DNA of 64,000 nt from Eledone cirrhosa (taxonomy: Eukaryota), in contig OZ024743.1 in NCBI GenBank assembly GCA_964016885.1, forward strand, positions 327,980,001 to 328,044,000. The letters run 5' to 3'. Positions 60,813 through 64,000 of the stretch are shown here, in pieces. Position 1 is the first letter of the stretch. Every line of letters starts with the position of its first letter. The notes beneath the pieces were generated by a model that was given only the letters and a program-made list of their open reading frames with translations, did no database searches and was not told the origin of the DNA. A program made the translations under genes and the position numbers.

Positions 60813-62730
60813 GGCCTATATGCAGGAGGAGAGTAACATTGGGGTGGAACAGTAAGGTGGAGGAGTCAATTAAGGCCAAAAAGCAGGCTTGGAAAGTATG
60901 GCGGGATGGGGGAAGTAGAGAAGACTATCAAGTGGCCAAGAGGGAAGCTAGGAGACAAGTGTACTTCGCAAGAAGGGAAGCAGAGGAAAGAAAGTTCAAG
61001 CATGTTCTACAACGCGAGGTGTTCAGGATTGCTAGGCAATGTGTCAAGGAAAACCGTGATATTGTCGGGGAGAAGTGTCCTTAATGATGATGGTGTACTT
61101 GCCATCACTGACGCTGATAAGAAGGTAGCTTGGAAGTGTCACTACGAAAGGCTACTAAATGAGGAGAATAAATGGGAGAAAGACAGTCTCCCCCACATCG
61201 ACCCAATAGAGGGACCAGCAGTGTTAGTCGAAGGTAGTATAATAAGTAAGGCAATCAAAGATATGAAGATGGGTAAGGCGGTTGGGCCTTCGGAAATAGT
61301 TGCTGAAATGCTGAAAGCTTCTGGAAAGGTGGGACACACCATGGTCACCCGGATAGTAAACCAAGTCATACAGAATGGGGTTTTTCCGAAGGACTGGCGT
61401 AGCAGCATTATCATTAACTGCTACAAGGGTAAAGGAGATGCCCTAGATAGGAGTAACTATAGAGGCATTAAATTAATCGACCAGGTCATGAAGGTCACAG
61501 AAAAAGTAATAGCGCAACTAATCAGAGAGAGAATTGATCTAGATGAAATGCAGTTCAGGTTTGTGTCAGGCAAAAGTACCACAGATGCTCTTTTCATTGT
61601 ACGACAACTACAGGAGAAGTACCTAGCTAAAAGTAAACCCCTATACTTAGCTTTTGTCGACTTGGAGAAAGCCTTCGACAGAGTCCCTCGTTCCATTATC
61701 TGGTGGGCTCTTAGAAAACTAGGTGTTGATGAATGGCTTGTGAGAGCTATACAATAAAGAAACAGTCAGCAAGGTTAGAATTAACAATGAATATAGTGAA
61801 GAGTTTAGCGTAAAAGTTGGTGTTCATCAGGGCTCCGTTCTTAGCCCCCTACTATTTATTATTGCTCTTCAGGCTATAACAGTGGAGTTCAAGACCGGCT
61901 GCCTATGGGTACTCCTATACGCAGATGATCTAACGCTCATAGCTGAATCAATGGCCGAACTAGAGAAGAAATTCCAAACATGGAAGCATGGCCTAGAATC
62001 AAAAGGCCTTAAAATTAACCTGTCTAAGACTAAAGTTCTAGTTTGTAGGAAGGAAAATAGGGCGCCGGTCCCATCCGGGAAATGGCCATGCTCAGTGTGT
62101 AGGAAAGGAGTAGGTAGAAACTCCATTTTATGTCCCAAATGCAAAGTATGGGTGCATAAAAGACGACAGCTGTATAAAAAAGTGCAGGGTGATAAAAATA
62201 AACGGTAGCCACGGAGTAGGCAGACCCAGAAAAACCTGGGACGACTTGATAAATTCCGACCTCACACACTTACACCTCTCCAAGACAATGTCACTGGACC
62301 GAGATCTTTGGCGCTACACAGTAATACAGAAGACCCACCTTGCCTAAGTACAAAGCGAAACCTACAGTCAGTAGGCACCTCTAACAAAAATACACCCCGT
62401 CCCACTACCCCCACCCCATCCACACCGCCCCTTTCAATGTAAAGTTATGTTGGTACCACAACATCCAGTCCGAAACAAATGAGGTTGTGTAGGTGTCACG
62501 ACAAAAAAACACACAGTCCACGCTGTAATGTGGCCGTGTAGGTAACACGGTAAAAACCTCCCAGTCCACACTGTAAACGTGGTTGGTGTTAGGAAGGGCA
62601 TCCAGCCATAGAAAATCCACCAGACAGTCCTATACGAGCAAGACAACCAATCTGGCCTCAAGTGGGAAAATTTCCGTCCAAACCCATGCAAGCGCGGAAG
62701 ATGGACGTTAAACGATGATGATGATGATGA
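60813..62730 (+). mobile_element. 5'-truncated, internally deleted RTE (family of 33378)
   Basis: RT region closely similar to the intact ORF, with frameshifts; deletion after KVWVHKR; 3' UTR and (GAT)n tail. Confidence 0.92.
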
Positions 62731-62903
62731 TAAACGTGAATGAGATATCATTTTGGGTTACCTTAGTTCAGGTTTGGTATAATCTGTACCGAGGAGTATT
62801 TCAGCGTACGGTGGTAGTTGACTCAACAAGATGTTTACTTAGGTTGTTTGAAGAGTGGTTCCCTGAAAGTTCCGTGATCAATGGTTCTTGGAGAAGTTTT
62901 AAC

Positions 62904-63142
62904 AGGTAAAAAGAGGATTAACACAGATAAGTGATATAATAGGGTTTATTTCAAGCATTAACATATATTTCATCACCTGGTTAACAATTGATTCTTGTCT
63001 TGAAATCGCTATTATCAATAATCAATTGACAATTGTGAAAACTTGATTTTAAATACATAAAATAACCCAATGATGAAACATAAGTTAATGCTTGAAATAA
63101 ACCCTATTATATCGCTTATCCGTGTTAATCCTCTTTTTACCT
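62904..63142. other. Foldback element with ~75-bp arms
   Basis: aggtaaaaagaggattaacac...tcaagcattaac / gttaatgcttga...gtgttaatcctctttttacct; includes gatgaaacataagtt. Confidence 0.65.
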
Positions 63143-63155
63143 ATTATATATATAT

Positions 63156-63487
63156 GGAGGCACATGGCTTAGTGGTTAGAGCATTGGCCTTGCAATCGAA
63201 AGGTTGTGAGTTCAATTCTCAGACCGGGTGATGTGTTGTTTCCTTGAGCAAGACACTTTATTTCACATTGCTCCAGTTTACTCAGCTGTAGAAATGAGAT
63301 GATAGGGACTGGGGTCCCTATCATTCCACTGCAAAGTGGTCATGGAGGTGCCACGGCAAAAAAGCACCCAGCACTCACTGTAAATGAGGTTGGTGTTAGG
63401 AAGGGCATCCAGCTGTAGAATCAGTTCCCGTCCCACCCTTGCAAGCAGGGAAAAAGCGGACGTAAAATGAAATGATGATGATGATGA
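63156..63487 (+). mobile_element. SINE family A, full length
   Basis: Consensus match with (GAT)n tail. Confidence 0.92.
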
Positions 63488-64000
63488 TATATGTGTGTGT
63501 GTGTGTGTGTATGTATATATATATATAAGGAGCAGGAATGAAGTATCAATATAACATCATTCGAGAATCCACAAATTAAACTCCCTTAACTAAAGATTCA
63601 AAATCAGAACCACAACTGTAGAATATATTTGTCTCCCCTCTCATTAGGGATATTTATAAACTGGCATGAAGACAATATAGGGTCTGAGAGGACTCTTCTC
63701 TCTGGACTATCATGTGACAACCTCTCTGGCAATGGTGTCATGATAAAATACACCTAATCCACTCCGTAAAGTAGCAGTGTTGGTTCTACAAATCAGCACA
63801 CCCAATACAGTCTGTATGGTGGTTGATGTTACGGAGAGCATTCAGCCATAAAAACCATGCCAAATATGGAACATATGAATGAGATGAGGTCACTCTGACA
63901 TGACTGGTGACCGTGACAGTCATCATAAAAAAGATGTGACATTTGTTTTAACATTAAAAAGATACATTTGTTGTCATATTAAAAAGATGTGAAATTCACT

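Noticed and set aside
63156-63230. tRNA genes at SINE heads
   Set aside because: A/B boxes are present, but each continues into a SINE body and tail; no complete cloverleaf.

Overview
AT-rich, repeat-saturated animal genomic DNA. I can support no host protein-coding gene; the SINE, RTE and (TA)n landscape suggests a cephalopod such as octopus (inference). Contents: RTE-clade LINEs, including one near-intact APE-RT copy at 33.4-37.2 kb with a PHD-like finger after the RT core; CR1 3' fragments; three tRNA-derived SINE families; five non-autonomous Helitrons; mariner and piggyBac-type MITEs; a decayed LTR element with a tRNA-Trp PBS; two truncated Penelope-like elements (PLEs); mini- and microsatellites. 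The main signal is a dense set of type I hammerhead ribozyme (HHR) motifs. The best example is a 4.7 kb array of apparently identical 310-bp highly structured monomers (46.5-51.2 kb), each with an intact minimal HHR. It looks like a non-LTR retrozyme (candidate circular RNA, probably PLE-mobilised). About ten further short, often foldback elements in (TA)n tracts also carry HHRs or remnants, one family with a long conserved stem-II insertion. All calls were made by eye; boundaries are approximate.
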